From an uncultured Thiohalophilus sp. (lineage in GTDB: Bacteria; Pseudomonadota; Gammaproteobacteria; UBA6429; Thiohalophilaceae), in the NCBI GenBank assembly GCA_964575555.1, contig CAZNRP010000002.1:1-63058 (forward strand): a stretch of DNA of 63,058 bases. Reading direction: 5' to 3'. The translations under genes and the position numbers were made by a program. The notes under the pieces are model-generated. The model saw only the letters and a list, made by a program, of their open reading frames with translations, made no database searches and was not told where the DNA came from. Shown piece after piece: positions 29,410 through 39,249 of the stretch. Position 1 is the first letter of the stretch. Every line of letters starts with the position of its first letter.

Positions 29410-29928
29410 CTACCGGTCCCACTGAGTTTGATCTTGCACCAGGGTCAGGGGTTGTTGCAGACGCTGTAAAGACCGCTCAATTGCGGCATCCAGATAGCCG
29501 CCGTAAAAATCTGGTGTGGTGATGCCAAGCAAGCGTTCCGTCAACATCCGGCCCTGATGATCCAGCAGGACGACGGTGGGAGCCACTGCCGCACCGTAGC
29601 GCAAAGTGAGATCATCCACGGCAATGCGCTGACCATCAAAATCGGTGATATAAGCCTCATCCATTTTTAAAATACGCATCAACACCTTGCTATCGTAATC
29701 ACGATTGCGCTGCATGGGATCAAGGAATTCCTCCTGTACCACCATACAATACGGACAATTATCGAGGCTGAACATGAGCAGCAGGGGCACACCTCTGGCC
29801 TTCGCAATGGCAGCATCAGCCTGTAAATTTGTGCTCAGCGAGACCCGCACGTCCATGACGTTCTGCGCGGAAATAGCCGGTGTCAATGCAGAGAGTATGA
29901 GTAAAATAATCAGCAGGGGTAATTTCAT
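29410..29928 (-). CDS. Secreted thioredoxin-fold protein
   Basis: Signal peptide MKLPLLIILLILSALTPAISA and a CPYC motif in FSLDNCPYCMVVQEEF. Confidence 0.7.
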   Translation of the reverse strand: MKLPLLIILLILSALTPAISAQNVMDVRVSLSTNLQADAAIAKARGVPLLLMFSLDNCPYCMVVQEEFLDPMQRNRDYDSKVLMRILKMDEAYITDFDGQRIAVDDLTLRYGAAVAPTVVLLDHQGRMLTERLLGITTPDFYGGYLDAAIERSLQRLQQPLTLVQDQTQWDR

Positions 29929-30064
29929 AAATATTGTCGATCCACTAAATTAGGCCATCAGCCTGTTTATCTTAATTTGGTGTATTATAGGACGTATGGC
30001 AGTCTAAATTTGTTCCCCGTATTAGCAAACATTTACAACAACCCCAGTCAGGAAGTACTTACTC

Positions 30065-30991
30065 ATGACCGACACCTTGCGCATCGCTACCCGAAAGAGC
30101 CAGTTGGCCCTCTGGCAGGCTGAATATGTCCGCGACATGTTACAGCTACACCACCCCGATTTAAACGTCGAGCTGGTCAAAATGAGCACTCAGGGTGATA
30201 AAATTCTCGACACCCCGCTGGCTAAAGTCGGTGGCAAAGGGCTGTTCGTCAAGGAGCTGGAGCGCAGTCTGTTAGATGAGAAAACCGACATTGCCGTACA
30301 TTCCATGAAAGATGTGCCGGTGGAGCTGCCGGAAGATCTGCATCTGGCGGTGATCTGTCCGCGTGAAGATCCCCGTGATGCCTTTGTTTCCAATAAATAC
30401 ACAAACTTTGAAAGCCTGCCTCAAGGTGCACGTCTGGGTACCTCCAGTCTGCGTCGCCAGTGCCAGCTGGCGAGCCTGCGTCCGGATCTGAATATTGTTG
30501 ATTTACGCGGTAACGTCAATACCCGTCTGCAAAAGCTGGATGATGGTGAGTATGATGCGATTATTCTCGCTGCCGCTGGGTTGAAGCGGCTTAAATTCGA
30601 AGATCGAATCACTGAATTTCTGGAGACGAATATCAGCTTGCCCGCCATCGGTCAGGGGGCGGTGGGGATCGAGTGCCGCCGCAATGATGATTGGGTGAAT
30701 GAACTACTTGCCCCTTTAAATGATCCGGACACGGCTACCCGGCTTGCTGCCGAGCGCGCCATGAACCTGCGTCTGCAGGGGGGCTGTCAGGTGCCGATTG
30801 CCGGTTATGCCGAGCTGGAACACGGCATATTGCTGATGCGCGGACTGGTGGGACGGGTCGATGGCACAGAAATTATTCGTGGTGAGATTGCCGGCCCCCC
30901 CACCGATGCTGCCCATCTCGGTCAGGTGCTGGCCGAGGATTTGCTGGCCCGTGGTGCGGATGAGATTCTTGCCGAACTGTATGCGCAATAA
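30065..30991 (+). CDS. hemC: Hydroxymethylbilane synthase (porphobilinogen deaminase)
   Basis: [35 protein letters not shown] and the cofactor Cys region GGCQVPIA. Confidence 0.97.
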   Translation: MTDTLRIATRKSQLALWQAEYVRDMLQLHHPDLNVELVKMSTQGDKILDTPLAKVGGKGLFVKELERSLLDEKTDIAVHSMKDVPVELPEDLHLAVICPREDPRDAFVSNKYTNFESLPQGARLGTSSLRRQCQLASLRPDLNIVDLRGNVNTRLQKLDDGEYDAIILAAAGLKRLKFEDRITEFLETNISLPAIGQGAVGIECRRNDDWVNELLAPLNDPDTATRLAAERAMNLRLQGGCQVPIAGYAELEHGILLMRGLVGRVDGTEIIRGEIAGPPTDAAHLGQVLAEDLLARGADEILAELYAQ

Positions 30992-31034
30992 GCCTGCGCT
31001 AGTGAGTGCCAGTCATAATAATACCCTGTCGGGA

Positions 31035-31790
31035 ATGAAGGTCATGATCACTCGGCCCGCCCATCAGGCCGGGCCGTTGCAGCAGCTAATCAGCGATGCC
31101 GGGGGGGAAGCCTATTTGTATCCGCTGTTGATGGTTCAGCCGGCTACCGATACCTGGTCATTTGCCGCTATTTTGAATCATCTTGATCAGTATCAGCTGG
31201 CTATCTTTATCAGTCCCAATGCAGTGAATTTCGGCCTGGAGCTGATTCACGCCCACGGTGGTCTGCCCCTTGAGATGCGTATTGCCACGGTGGGACAAAG
31301 CAGTGCAAAACGATTTCAGGAACTCAGTGGTCTCGAAGTGGACTATTGTCCAGAGAGTGATTTCAGTAGCGAAGGTTTATTAGCACTGCCGGCTTTACAG
31401 CAGGTGCGCGGTCAGCGCATTCTGATCATTCGTGGTCAGTCAGGGCGGGAAATGCTGGCCGATAGCCTGCATCAGCGCGGCGCGGAAGTTCACTACCTGC
31501 CGGTGTATCAGCGTCGGCCTGCCGAGTGCGATGCAGATCGACTGGCAGAGGCGATAAAGCAGAAGAAAATTGATATTATCAGTCTCACCAGTGGTGAGGC
31601 CATCGAGCATTTGTTTGTATTGATGGAACCGGCATTGCTGCAAGTCATGCCTTTTATCGTGGTTAATCAGCGACTGGCTCAACAACTGCAGGCGCAGGGA
31701 GTTAGCGGGCCAATTCTGGTTAGTGATGAGGCCAGTGATGCAGGTATTCTCAACACGCTACAACAATGGCAAGTGAATAACGGAAACTAG
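31035..31790 (+). CDS. hemD: Uroporphyrinogen-III synthase
   Basis: Follows hemC. Start trimmed to ATG 31035 (MKVMITRPAHQAG) rather than the track's 30861, which overlaps hemC by 131 nt. 30981 is an alternative start. Confidence 0.85.
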   Translation: MKVMITRPAHQAGPLQQLISDAGGEAYLYPLLMVQPATDTWSFAAILNHLDQYQLAIFISPNAVNFGLELIHAHGGLPLEMRIATVGQSSAKRFQELSGLEVDYCPESDFSSEGLLALPALQQVRGQRILIIRGQSGREMLADSLHQRGAEVHYLPVYQRRPAECDADRLAEAIKQKKIDIISLTSGEAIEHLFVLMEPALLQVMPFIVVNQRLAQQLQAQGVSGPILVSDEASDAGILNTLQQWQVNNGN

Positions 31791-31802
31791 CGGAATTTCA
31801 AA

Positions 31803-32975
31803 ATGACCGATAAGCAATCCAACCAGAGCTCGACAGAAAAAAACAGTCGTGAGATTAAAAAATCTTCAGCTGAAAAACAAAGCTCCCCGGCAAAAGAGAG
31901 CACAGTGGATTCAGGAAAAGATGCAGGCAAGACAAAATCATCTGCGCCAGCTGCAAGTCGGTCGCGCTCGTCCCGGAGCAAGACTCCCCTGGGTGGATTT
32001 TCCAGCCTGATTATTTTTGTACTTTTTGTCGCCGTGATCGGCAGTCTGGTGTACTGGATTGAAAAGCAGCAAAAAGAACTGGCGATTAGCAGCCGCTATC
32101 AGATTGAACAACTGCGCAAGGAGTTGACTCCCGCCCTTGAAGATTTAAAATCCAGCACCCAGGATCTGCAGCCGCGACTGGCTGCCCAGGAAAAAAACCA
32201 GCAGGATCTAAATGAAGCTTTCAGTAATCTGTTGAAGACCCGTCGGCATCTGCGTAATGACTGGTTACTGGCCGAAGCCGATTACCTGCTCAGAATTGCC
32301 AATCATCGTCTGTTGCTGGCTGCTGACACCGGTAGCGCACTGGCGGCTATGCAAACTGCGGATGAACGCCTGCATGATATGTCGGATCCGGCGGTGATAC
32401 CGGTGCGCAATATGCTGGCCGAAGATATTGCCAAACTCAAAGCCGTTTCCCTCCCTGATATTGCCGGACTTTCCGCGAGCCTTAGTGCGCTTGCTCATGG
32501 GGTTGATGGTCTGCCCCTGCTCTCAGAATATGTAAACAGCAAAACGGACACAGAGCAGAAGCCGAAAAAGACTCAGGTAGAAAACTGGAAGCAACTTCCT
32601 GATGCCATCTGGAATGACATGAAAAAACTGCTGGTCATTCGTGAGCGTCATGGCCGTGTTATTCCCCTGCTCTCACCGGAGCAACATTTCTTTTTGTTGC
32701 AGAATTTAAAGTTAAAACTGGAACAGGCGCGACTGGCCTTGCTTAATGCTGAGCAGGCGGTTTATGAAGAGCGTTTGCAAACCGCCAGCGAATGGATAAA
32801 AGATTTTTTCAAAGCAGATGATCCGGCCACGATTGCCATGCAGGAACAACTCCAGCAACTGGCTACTGAAAATATTAAACCAACCTTACCCGATATCAGT
32901 GCCAGCTATCGGGCCTTGCAGGATTTTCGTGAACAACAAATGCAAAGCAATAATAGTGCTGGGGAAGCTTCATGA
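31803..32975 (+). CDS. hemX: HemX family protein
   Basis: Position after hemD. Disordered N-terminus, one TM segment, then a coiled-coil periplasmic domain. Confidence 0.8.
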   Translation: MTDKQSNQSSTEKNSREIKKSSAEKQSSPAKESTVDSGKDAGKTKSSAPAASRSRSSRSKTPLGGFSSLIIFVLFVAVIGSLVYWIEKQQKELAISSRYQIEQLRKELTPALEDLKSSTQDLQPRLAAQEKNQQDLNEAFSNLLKTRRHLRNDWLLAEADYLLRIANHRLLLAADTGSALAAMQTADERLHDMSDPAVIPVRNMLAEDIAKLKAVSLPDIAGLSASLSALAHGVDGLPLLSEYVNSKTDTEQKPKKTQVENWKQLPDAIWNDMKKLLVIRERHGRVIPLLSPEQHFFLLQNLKLKLEQARLALLNAEQAVYEERLQTASEWIKDFFKADDPATIAMQEQLQQLATENIKPTLPDISASYRALQDFREQQMQSNNSAGEAS

Positions 32976-34162
32976 GAATGTTGTTTTTCTCCCTGTTCAC
33001 CCTGCTGATTGCCGTGGTGCTGGGTTTGCTGGCCTATCAGGATCCCGGTTACGTGCTCATCAGTCGAGGTGAGGTGAGTTACGAACTTAGTCTGACTTTA
33101 TTACTACTAATTCTTGTGGCCGGTTTTACTGGCTTGTATCTATTTATTCGGGTTTCTCTGCAGACTTTGCGTATGCCGGGACATTTACGTCAGTGGCGTC
33201 GTCACCGGCGAATTAAAAAAGCGCACCGCATTAGCGTTCGCGGTTTGATTGATCTAGCCCAGGGGCACTGGCCACAGGCTGAAAAGAATCTAATAAAGTA
33301 CGCGCATTATTCTGAAGAGCCCTTACTGAATTATCTTTCAGCTGCGCGTGCCGCCCAAAAGCAACTGGCGCATGAGCGGCGCGATTATTATCTGGCCGAG
33401 GCACACAAAAGTACGCCCGATGCGGATTTTGCCGTGCAATTGACGCAGGCGGAATTACAATTGGTGCACGGGCAGCTTGAGCAGTCACTGGCGACCCTGG
33501 TTCATCTGCAATCGATTTCGCCAAAACATACCCATGTGCTTTTATTGTTAATGCAGTTGTATGAAAAATTGCAAAGCTGGGGGGATCTCAAAGACTTGCT
33601 ACCGGCACTGAAAAAGCAGAAAGTTATCACCGACGAGCAGCACCGTGAGCTGTCAATTAAGGTTTTTACTGAGTTGCTTGAGATTACCGCAAAGAAAAAT
33701 CAGGCCGATAAACTGGAAATCTTCTGGAAAAATCTGCCGCGCAATTTGCGTCAGGATATACACCTGATCAAACGTTACAGTCACCACCTTATTAATATGA
33801 AACAGTTTGATACGGCAACGGCAATATTACGCCAGGCAGTTAATCAGAACTGGGATCAGGATCTGGTTTATCTTTTTGGCAAGTCACACAGCAACAAGGT
33901 AGATAAACAACTGGCACAGGCGGAAGGCTGGCTCAAAGGCCATGAAAATAATGCCATTCTGTTACTGACGCTTGGACGGCTTTGTCTTTATAATCAGCTC
34001 TGGGGTAAGGCGCGTTCGTATCTGGAAGCCAGTATCGGTAGTGACGCCTTTCCTGAAACCTACCGTGAACTCGGTCTGCTACTGGAACAACTGGAAGAAA
34101 AAGACAAAGCCGCAGATTGTTATCGCAAAGGCATCATGCTGGGTGAGAAATTGCCTTGTTGA
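32972..34162 (+). CDS. hemY: HemY family protein (TPR)
   Basis: Overlaps the hemX stop. Two N-terminal TM segments and TPR-like repeats, in the HemY position. Confidence 0.85.
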   Translation: MRMLFFSLFTLLIAVVLGLLAYQDPGYVLISRGEVSYELSLTLLLLILVAGFTGLYLFIRVSLQTLRMPGHLRQWRRHRRIKKAHRISVRGLIDLAQGHWPQAEKNLIKYAHYSEEPLLNYLSAARAAQKQLAHERRDYYLAEAHKSTPDADFAVQLTQAELQLVHGQLEQSLATLVHLQSISPKHTHVLLLLMQLYEKLQSWGDLKDLLPALKKQKVITDEQHRELSIKVFTELLEITAKKNQADKLEIFWKNLPRNLRQDIHLIKRYSHHLINMKQFDTATAILRQAVNQNWDQDLVYLFGKSHSNKVDKQLAQAEGWLKGHENNAILLLTLGRLCLYNQLWGKARSYLEASIGSDAFPETYRELGLLLEQLEEKDKAADCYRKGIMLGEKLPC

Positions 34163-34238
34163 TAAAGCTTATTTGTACTCGCTCACCCATTAACGCAGAG
34201 GACGCGGCCTGAATTTTCTGCGTTAGTTACAAAGTAAT

Positions 34239-35891
34239 ATGATAAAACTAAGCCAACTTTTACGACTGCTTAAAATTAGCTGGGTGCTGGTTCGCCACGG
34301 CCTTGATGAACTCATCCTCGCCACCCACCTGTTTCGACCTGTGCGCTTTATCGGGTTCTTTCTACCCTGGCACTGGTTACCCAGGCGCGAGCAGAATCGC
34401 GGGGTGCGTATTCGAAGGGCGCTGGAAGATCTTGGTCCTATTTTTGTTAAGTTCGGACAAATTCTGTCTACCCGCCGCGATTTATTACCGGATGATCTCG
34501 CCATTGAGTTGGCAAAATTACAGGATCAGGTGGCCCCTTTTCCGGGTGAACAGGCTCGCGCAATTATTGAAAAAGCTTATGGTTGTCCGCTTGACGAGAT
34601 ATTTACTAAATTTGAGGTGACACCACTGGCTTCTGCTTCCATTGCCCAGGTGCATGCGGCAACCCTGAAAAACGGGGATGAAGTGGTGATTAAAGTTCTG
34701 CGTCCTGACATCCTGCCCGTGATCCAGCGGGATATTGGTTTGCTCTATATCATTGCCAGCAAAGTTGAACGCTTCTGGTCGATGGGCAAACAGCTGCGTC
34801 CGGTGGATGTGGTGCATGAAATCGAAAAAACCCTGCTCGATGAGCTCGATCTGATGCGTGAAGCCGCCAATGCCTCGCAGCTGCGACGCAACTTTGAAAA
34901 TTCGGAGTTGATTTATATTCCCGAAGTTTATTGGCCGCACACGCGTAAGAATGTCATGGTGCTGGAACGCATCTCCGGCATACCAGTGAGCAATATTGAT
35001 GAGCTTCGAAAACATGATATTGATTTAAAATCTTTATCAGAACGCGGGGTGATCATTTTCTTTACCCAGGTTTTTCATCATAGTTTTTTCCATGCCGATA
35101 TGCATCCGGGCAATATTTTTGTTGCCGAACATGGACAGTATATTGCGGTGGATTTCGGCATCATGGGCACCCTGAATACGGTTGATCAACGATATCTTGC
35201 AGAAAATTTTCTGGCCTTTTTTAATCGGGATTATCACCGGGTTGCGGAGCTGCATGTAGAATCTGGCTGGGTGGATGAAGATACCCGGGTAGAGGAATTT
35301 GAGTCGGCCATTCGTACCGTGTGTGAGCCGATATTTGACAAGCCCCTGAAGGATATTTCCTTCGGTCAGTTATTGTTGCGCCTGTTTCAGACCGCACGAC
35401 GCTTTAATATGGAAGTACAGCCACAGTTGATTCTGCTGCAAAAAACCCTGCTCAACATCGAAGGCCTGGGGCGGCAGTTGTATCCCGAGCTTGATTTATG
35501 GCAGACCGCGAAACCTTTTCTTGAAGACTGGATTAAAGATCAGATTGGCCCGCGCGCAGTAGCCCGGCAGTTAAAAAAGAATCTTCCCGGCTGGCTGGAA
35601 AAAGCACCACAAATGCCCGGCCTTTTCTTTGATGTATTTGAACAGGCACGTGATGGTAAATTAAAAGTCGAGATGCAGTCCCGGCAGCTTGAAGCCCTTC
35701 GCTATGAAATACGCCGCTCCAGTCGTCGCAGTGTATTTTCAATCATAGGCGGTAGTTTAATCATTTCAGCCGCAGTTATTTTTTCGCTGGATGGTTATAG
35801 TAAAGTAATGGCCGCCGGTGCCCCGCTCTACACCTGGGTACTTGGCGCATTGGGGATTGTTTTCTTGCTCGCCGCCTGGCCGGATGATTGA
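34239..35891 (+). CDS. ubiB: Ubiquinone biosynthesis regulatory kinase-like protein UbiB
   Basis: ABC1/UbiB motifs ([35 protein letters not shown]) and C-terminal TM helices. Confidence 0.95.
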   Translation: MIKLSQLLRLLKISWVLVRHGLDELILATHLFRPVRFIGFFLPWHWLPRREQNRGVRIRRALEDLGPIFVKFGQILSTRRDLLPDDLAIELAKLQDQVAPFPGEQARAIIEKAYGCPLDEIFTKFEVTPLASASIAQVHAATLKNGDEVVIKVLRPDILPVIQRDIGLLYIIASKVERFWSMGKQLRPVDVVHEIEKTLLDELDLMREAANASQLRRNFENSELIYIPEVYWPHTRKNVMVLERISGIPVSNIDELRKHDIDLKSLSERGVIIFFTQVFHHSFFHADMHPGNIFVAEHGQYIAVDFGIMGTLNTVDQRYLAENFLAFFNRDYHRVAELHVESGWVDEDTRVEEFESAIRTVCEPIFDKPLKDISFGQLLLRLFQTARRFNMEVQPQLILLQKTLLNIEGLGRQLYPELDLWQTAKPFLEDWIKDQIGPRAVARQLKKNLPGWLEKAPQMPGLFFDVFEQARDGKLKVEMQSRQLEALRYEIRRSSRRSVFSIIGGSLIISAAVIFSLDGYSKVMAAGAPLYTWVLGALGIVFLLAAWPDD

Positions 35892-35920
35892 TAGGAATGA
35901 AGTAAAGATATTAAATGATA

Positions 35921-36060
35921 TTTCACCACAAAGGACGCAGAGAAACTTAAGAAACAATCCGGCAATACTAGGTGGTATTAATTTGCAGGAGCAGTTTTTT
36001 CAGAAAAAACGATGTATAAAACATCAAGCCTGTTTTTCTTTGCGTCCTCTGCGGTGAAAA
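35921..36060. repeat. MITE-like element with 26-bp terminal inverted repeats
   Basis: tttcaccacaaaggacgcagagaaac (35921-35946) matches the reverse complement of 36032-60 (ttttcaccgcagaggacgcaaagaaaaac) at about 23 of 26 positions. An internal palindrome gttttttcagaaaaaac lies near 35994-36010. Located between convergent ubiB and the CapK-like gene. Confidence 0.6.
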
Positions 36061-36099
36061 TCCTGTTACTAAAATACACCCGCGGCTAACGATGGTAAT

Positions 36100-37398
36100 T
36101 TATTCAAACTCACAAATAACAAAGCGGTGCTTACCTGAACGGCTGCGCTCAATTTTATCGACATAATTGATGGCAACTTGCATGTCCTCTCCAAGATCAT
36201 TTTTTATGGTTTCCTTAAGCGTTTTTAATATCGCAGCATCAAGTCGGGTTTTGGCATTAATATTAATATTAAGTTGATTTATCTGAGTCTGTACAAATTG
36301 ATATTGTTTAATTTCAGTCAGCCCATCAAGTAGACGATTAAAATACGACGGCGCAATTTTATTACCATTAGCGGTTTTGATAAAATCATTGCTCCGGCAG
36401 ACTCCCATTTCCATCATCGGAAAAGTTGAGCCACAGGCACATTGGCCGAGCTTGAGTTTACCATTGTCACCATTTTCATAACGAATCATGGGCATCAGAT
36501 AATTGGTGAGTGAAGTGATGATCAACTTATTCTCGCCATTATTATTGATTGATTCAAGGTAAACCATGTCAGTAAAAACATGAATATTACCCTGTGAACA
36601 TTCCACTCCGATATTTGGAATCTCACGGCAACCGTACTGATTGTAGACCTTGCAATTGAATGCCCGTTGCATCAATTCGCGTTGCCAGTCATAAAGGACT
36701 TCAGCGGTTGAGTAAATTCCTTTCAGGCTGCGTGGCATGCTGATTTTATTTTCAAGAATATATGCCGCTACATCTGCAAGAATTGAGGCGTAGCCCTGTA
36801 ATAAAACAGGTTTATAATTTTTTATAAAACACACCCATTGATATAATTCTGCTTCAGCGTATTCCCAGGCCGCAATGGTCTTTTCAGCGGCGGTAAATTC
36901 GCGGTATGTGTTTTTCAGTTTGTGAGCCTTAATATCCTGTTTAGCCCCCCAGAAGTTGAGGATCTTTTCTCCCGGTTGCCAGCCTGACCAGATGTAACTT
37001 CGACTCATGCCGGCGCGCATCAATTCCGTTTTGTAATCGTCATAATAAAATGAAAGTGGATTTCCGGTTGAACCACCGGTGTGGCCAAGGCGAATATTTT
37101 CCCGGTTAACGATATCGGAAACCATATTTTCACGATGCTGAATCAGATCATGCTTGTGGAGTATCGGCAGCTGCGTAATCTCGAAATTGTTTAAATCACC
37201 CGCTGACAAACCGGCATATTTATTTTTATAATAGTCAGTGTGTTCGATTGAAAAACGAATAATCTTATTTAGATCCTGTTTTTGACGACTAAGTAATTCA
37301 GTTCGACTTAAAGATTGCTGCTGTAATAAGGCGGGTAAAATACGATAGCGGGCAGGATGCCTTCTTTTATGTAAGCTGCATCGCAATCGTTTAAACAT
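36100..37398 (-). CDS. CapK/PaaK-like adenylate-forming enzyme (phenylacetate-CoA ligase / F390 synthetase family)
   Basis: 432 aa with the GHTGGSTGNPLSFYYD adenylation P-loop-like motif. The overall architecture is typical of the PaaK/CapK family. Confidence 0.75.
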   Translation of the reverse strand: MFKRLRCSLHKRRHPARYRILPALLQQQSLSRTELLSRQKQDLNKIIRFSIEHTDYYKNKYAGLSAGDLNNFEITQLPILHKHDLIQHRENMVSDIVNRENIRLGHTGGSTGNPLSFYYDDYKTELMRAGMSRSYIWSGWQPGEKILNFWGAKQDIKAHKLKNTYREFTAAEKTIAAWEYAEAELYQWVCFIKNYKPVLLQGYASILADVAAYILENKISMPRSLKGIYSTAEVLYDWQRELMQRAFNCKVYNQYGCREIPNIGVECSQGNIHVFTDMVYLESINNNGENKLIITSLTNYLMPMIRYENGDNGKLKLGQCACGSTFPMMEMGVCRSNDFIKTANGNKIAPSYFNRLLDGLTEIKQYQFVQTQINQLNININAKTRLDAAILKTLKETIKNDLGEDMQVAINYVDKIERSRSGKHRFVICEFE

Positions 37399-37401
37399 GG
37401 G

Positions 37402-39234
37402 CTAGTGGGTACCGGCGGCATGTGCGGCCAGTGTTTGCTCCCATAAAATTTTCTCTGCAGGATAATTAAGAATTGCCTCCACTATCTGATTGAGGCGAGT
37501 TTCTTTTTCTGAGGCTGAATTGATTAAGCGGTATGAGTATGAGTCATCATCGAAGTTAGCATTGATATTGGCAATGAAGGCATCGTACTGCGCTATGGCG
37601 GATTTATATTCAGAGTGTTGGTTCCACCAGGCATCAGGATCTTGCAATAGAGTACTTAATTGATCCCGTTTTTGCAGCAGCAGTTGGTGTTTGTTGATAT
37701 ATTTCTGCTGCATTTTCTTTTCAGTTTGGGTAACAATACTGCTGACAGTCTCATGCTCAAGTTGAGTTTCAGGATAACCCTGCTCGATGAGAACCTCCAT
37801 GCTGAATAACATCACATCCCCGAAATACTGACGTTCAAATTCGCCGGAAAGATCAATCTGCTCTGATTGTTGCATAATGTCCGGTCGATATTCTGATTGA
37901 CCCGTATCGGCAACGGTGCGCTTATGCAACATGGGCAGGTTCGCAGAAAGAAATTTCTGTTTTAATTCTGATTTAATGATTCGCCCCATCACCGGGCCAT
38001 TCATTCTTAATTTAAGCGGTGCAAATGGAATGAAATATTTCAAGCCTTCAAGATTAAAAATATAATTTCCGGGATAGACTGTTCTTGCAGGTGACAGGCT
38101 TTCAAATGCAGGCTGATACTGGTAGTAAGTTTTACGGGTTGGATGTTCGCCGTAGAAAAAACTGTTTAATTTATTTGCGAAATGTTTCAAACTCTCGCCG
38201 TTATCATGTGGCGTAGGCAAACTACAACGGTAGTCACAGGAATTCTGCTTATGCTTAAAGCCAAATAGCTCAGGCATATCATGATAGGCGGCATCATCGG
38301 CAAGCTGAATCTTGGTCGCGTGAAAACCACAGGCTAGATTATTATCAAGCTCAACTATTTTGCTGAGAAAACTGATAATATCCTGCAAAAAATTGACCAC
38401 CATCACTGCAGGTGAGACAGGTGGATCACCGACTACTTTTCCGGTGATGATAGTGGCATCTGTCTGGCTGAATATTTGATCCAGATAATAGAAATAATTA
38501 ACCGTATAAAGATCGCGATCGCCGTTTCGGGTATTCAGCTTAACCTTAAATTCCTGATCACTGTCCAGTGAATAGAATAATACCTTTTTATATTGTTGTT
38601 GTAACTCATTCAGTTTCAGACTGATGATGTTACGCATTTTCGGTGAACCCTTGTGATAAAAATTTAGTGCATCGCTGTGGCCGACTACACCCGTAAGTTT
38701 TTCTTTTTGTTCTTCGCTTAGGTTTCGTAACTGTTGACGTTGCTGCTGTTGGCCAAAATAGAGGCAGGGCAAACCCCGTTGATTGAATTTCTCAACGAGT
38801 TTTTTGTGCTGAGTAATGCTATTCTCATTTTTACTATCATCGGCAACCATGACACTTACTTTTTTAAAATATTGCCCCTGTTTTCCGCCATAATTAAATA
38901 ACTTGCAGAGCTGAAAAATACTGTTGAGACAATCATCGAGTTGACGGGGCCGGTCTGCTACAGGAATAAATAATAAAAAGTGGTGTCGGTCATCCTGTTT
39001 CTTATTTGTAATCAGTGCTTCTAACTCACGGAAGATCTGTTGATAACTCCTGAGTGAAATTTCATTGGGTTCGTCCAACCAAAGTGCTTTTTCAGCTAAA
39101 GAGATTGTGTTTTTATAAATTGAAATCAGATCATGCTCGGAGGCATTATCCAGTTGGACGGCTAGTTTATGGGCGGCGCTATCGTTGCTAGTGCTAAGAA
39201 AGTTGTAGAGTGCGGTTTCACTTGCTGCAGCCAT
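37402..39234 (-). CDS. Orphan 610-aa protein with GT-A (nucleotide-diphospho-sugar transferase)-like motifs
   Basis: FLLFIPVADRPRQLDDCLNSI, VMVADDSKN and LDSDQEF resemble the GT2/GT-A N-terminal strand, the DD motif and DxD. The C-terminal ~250 aa is helical and unassignable. Sits 3 nt from the CapK-like gene and 15 nt from the TPP enzyme gene. Confidence 0.4.
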   Translation of the reverse strand: MAAASETALYNFLSTSNDSAAHKLAVQLDNASEHDLISIYKNTISLAEKALWLDEPNEISLRSYQQIFRELEALITNKKQDDRHHFLLFIPVADRPRQLDDCLNSIFQLCKLFNYGGKQGQYFKKVSVMVADDSKNENSITQHKKLVEKFNQRGLPCLYFGQQQQRQQLRNLSEEQKEKLTGVVGHSDALNFYHKGSPKMRNIISLKLNELQQQYKKVLFYSLDSDQEFKVKLNTRNGDRDLYTVNYFYYLDQIFSQTDATIITGKVVGDPPVSPAVMVVNFLQDIISFLSKIVELDNNLACGFHATKIQLADDAAYHDMPELFGFKHKQNSCDYRCSLPTPHDNGESLKHFANKLNSFFYGEHPTRKTYYQYQPAFESLSPARTVYPGNYIFNLEGLKYFIPFAPLKLRMNGPVMGRIIKSELKQKFLSANLPMLHKRTVADTGQSEYRPDIMQQSEQIDLSGEFERQYFGDVMLFSMEVLIEQGYPETQLEHETVSSIVTQTEKKMQQKYINKHQLLLQKRDQLSTLLQDPDAWWNQHSEYKSAIAQYDAFIANINANFDDDSYSYRLINSASEKETRLNQIVEAILNYPAEKILWEQTLAAHAAGTH

Positions 39235-39249
39235 GATCTGAGTGGGAAA

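Noticed and set aside
30861-31034. N-terminal extension of hemD proposed by the ORF track
   Set aside because: It would overlap hemC by 131 nt in another frame and encode a Pro/Arg/Cys-rich non-HemD sequence. The internal ATG at 31035 gives a typical HemD N-terminus.
34191-34225. 9-bp stem (taacgcaga / tctgcgtta) after hemY as a terminator
   Set aside because: It has a 17-nt loop and no T-run. It may still be structural, but I cannot support a terminator call.
34518-35015. 165-aa minus-strand ORF inside ubiB
   Set aside because: UbiB kinase-like motifs occupy the plus strand. The antisense ORF has no family resemblance.
35818-36057. 79-aa ORF running from the ubiB 3' end across the intergenic inverted-repeat element
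   Set aside because: It overlaps ubiB out of frame and reads straight through a palindromic repeat. The repeat explains the open frame.
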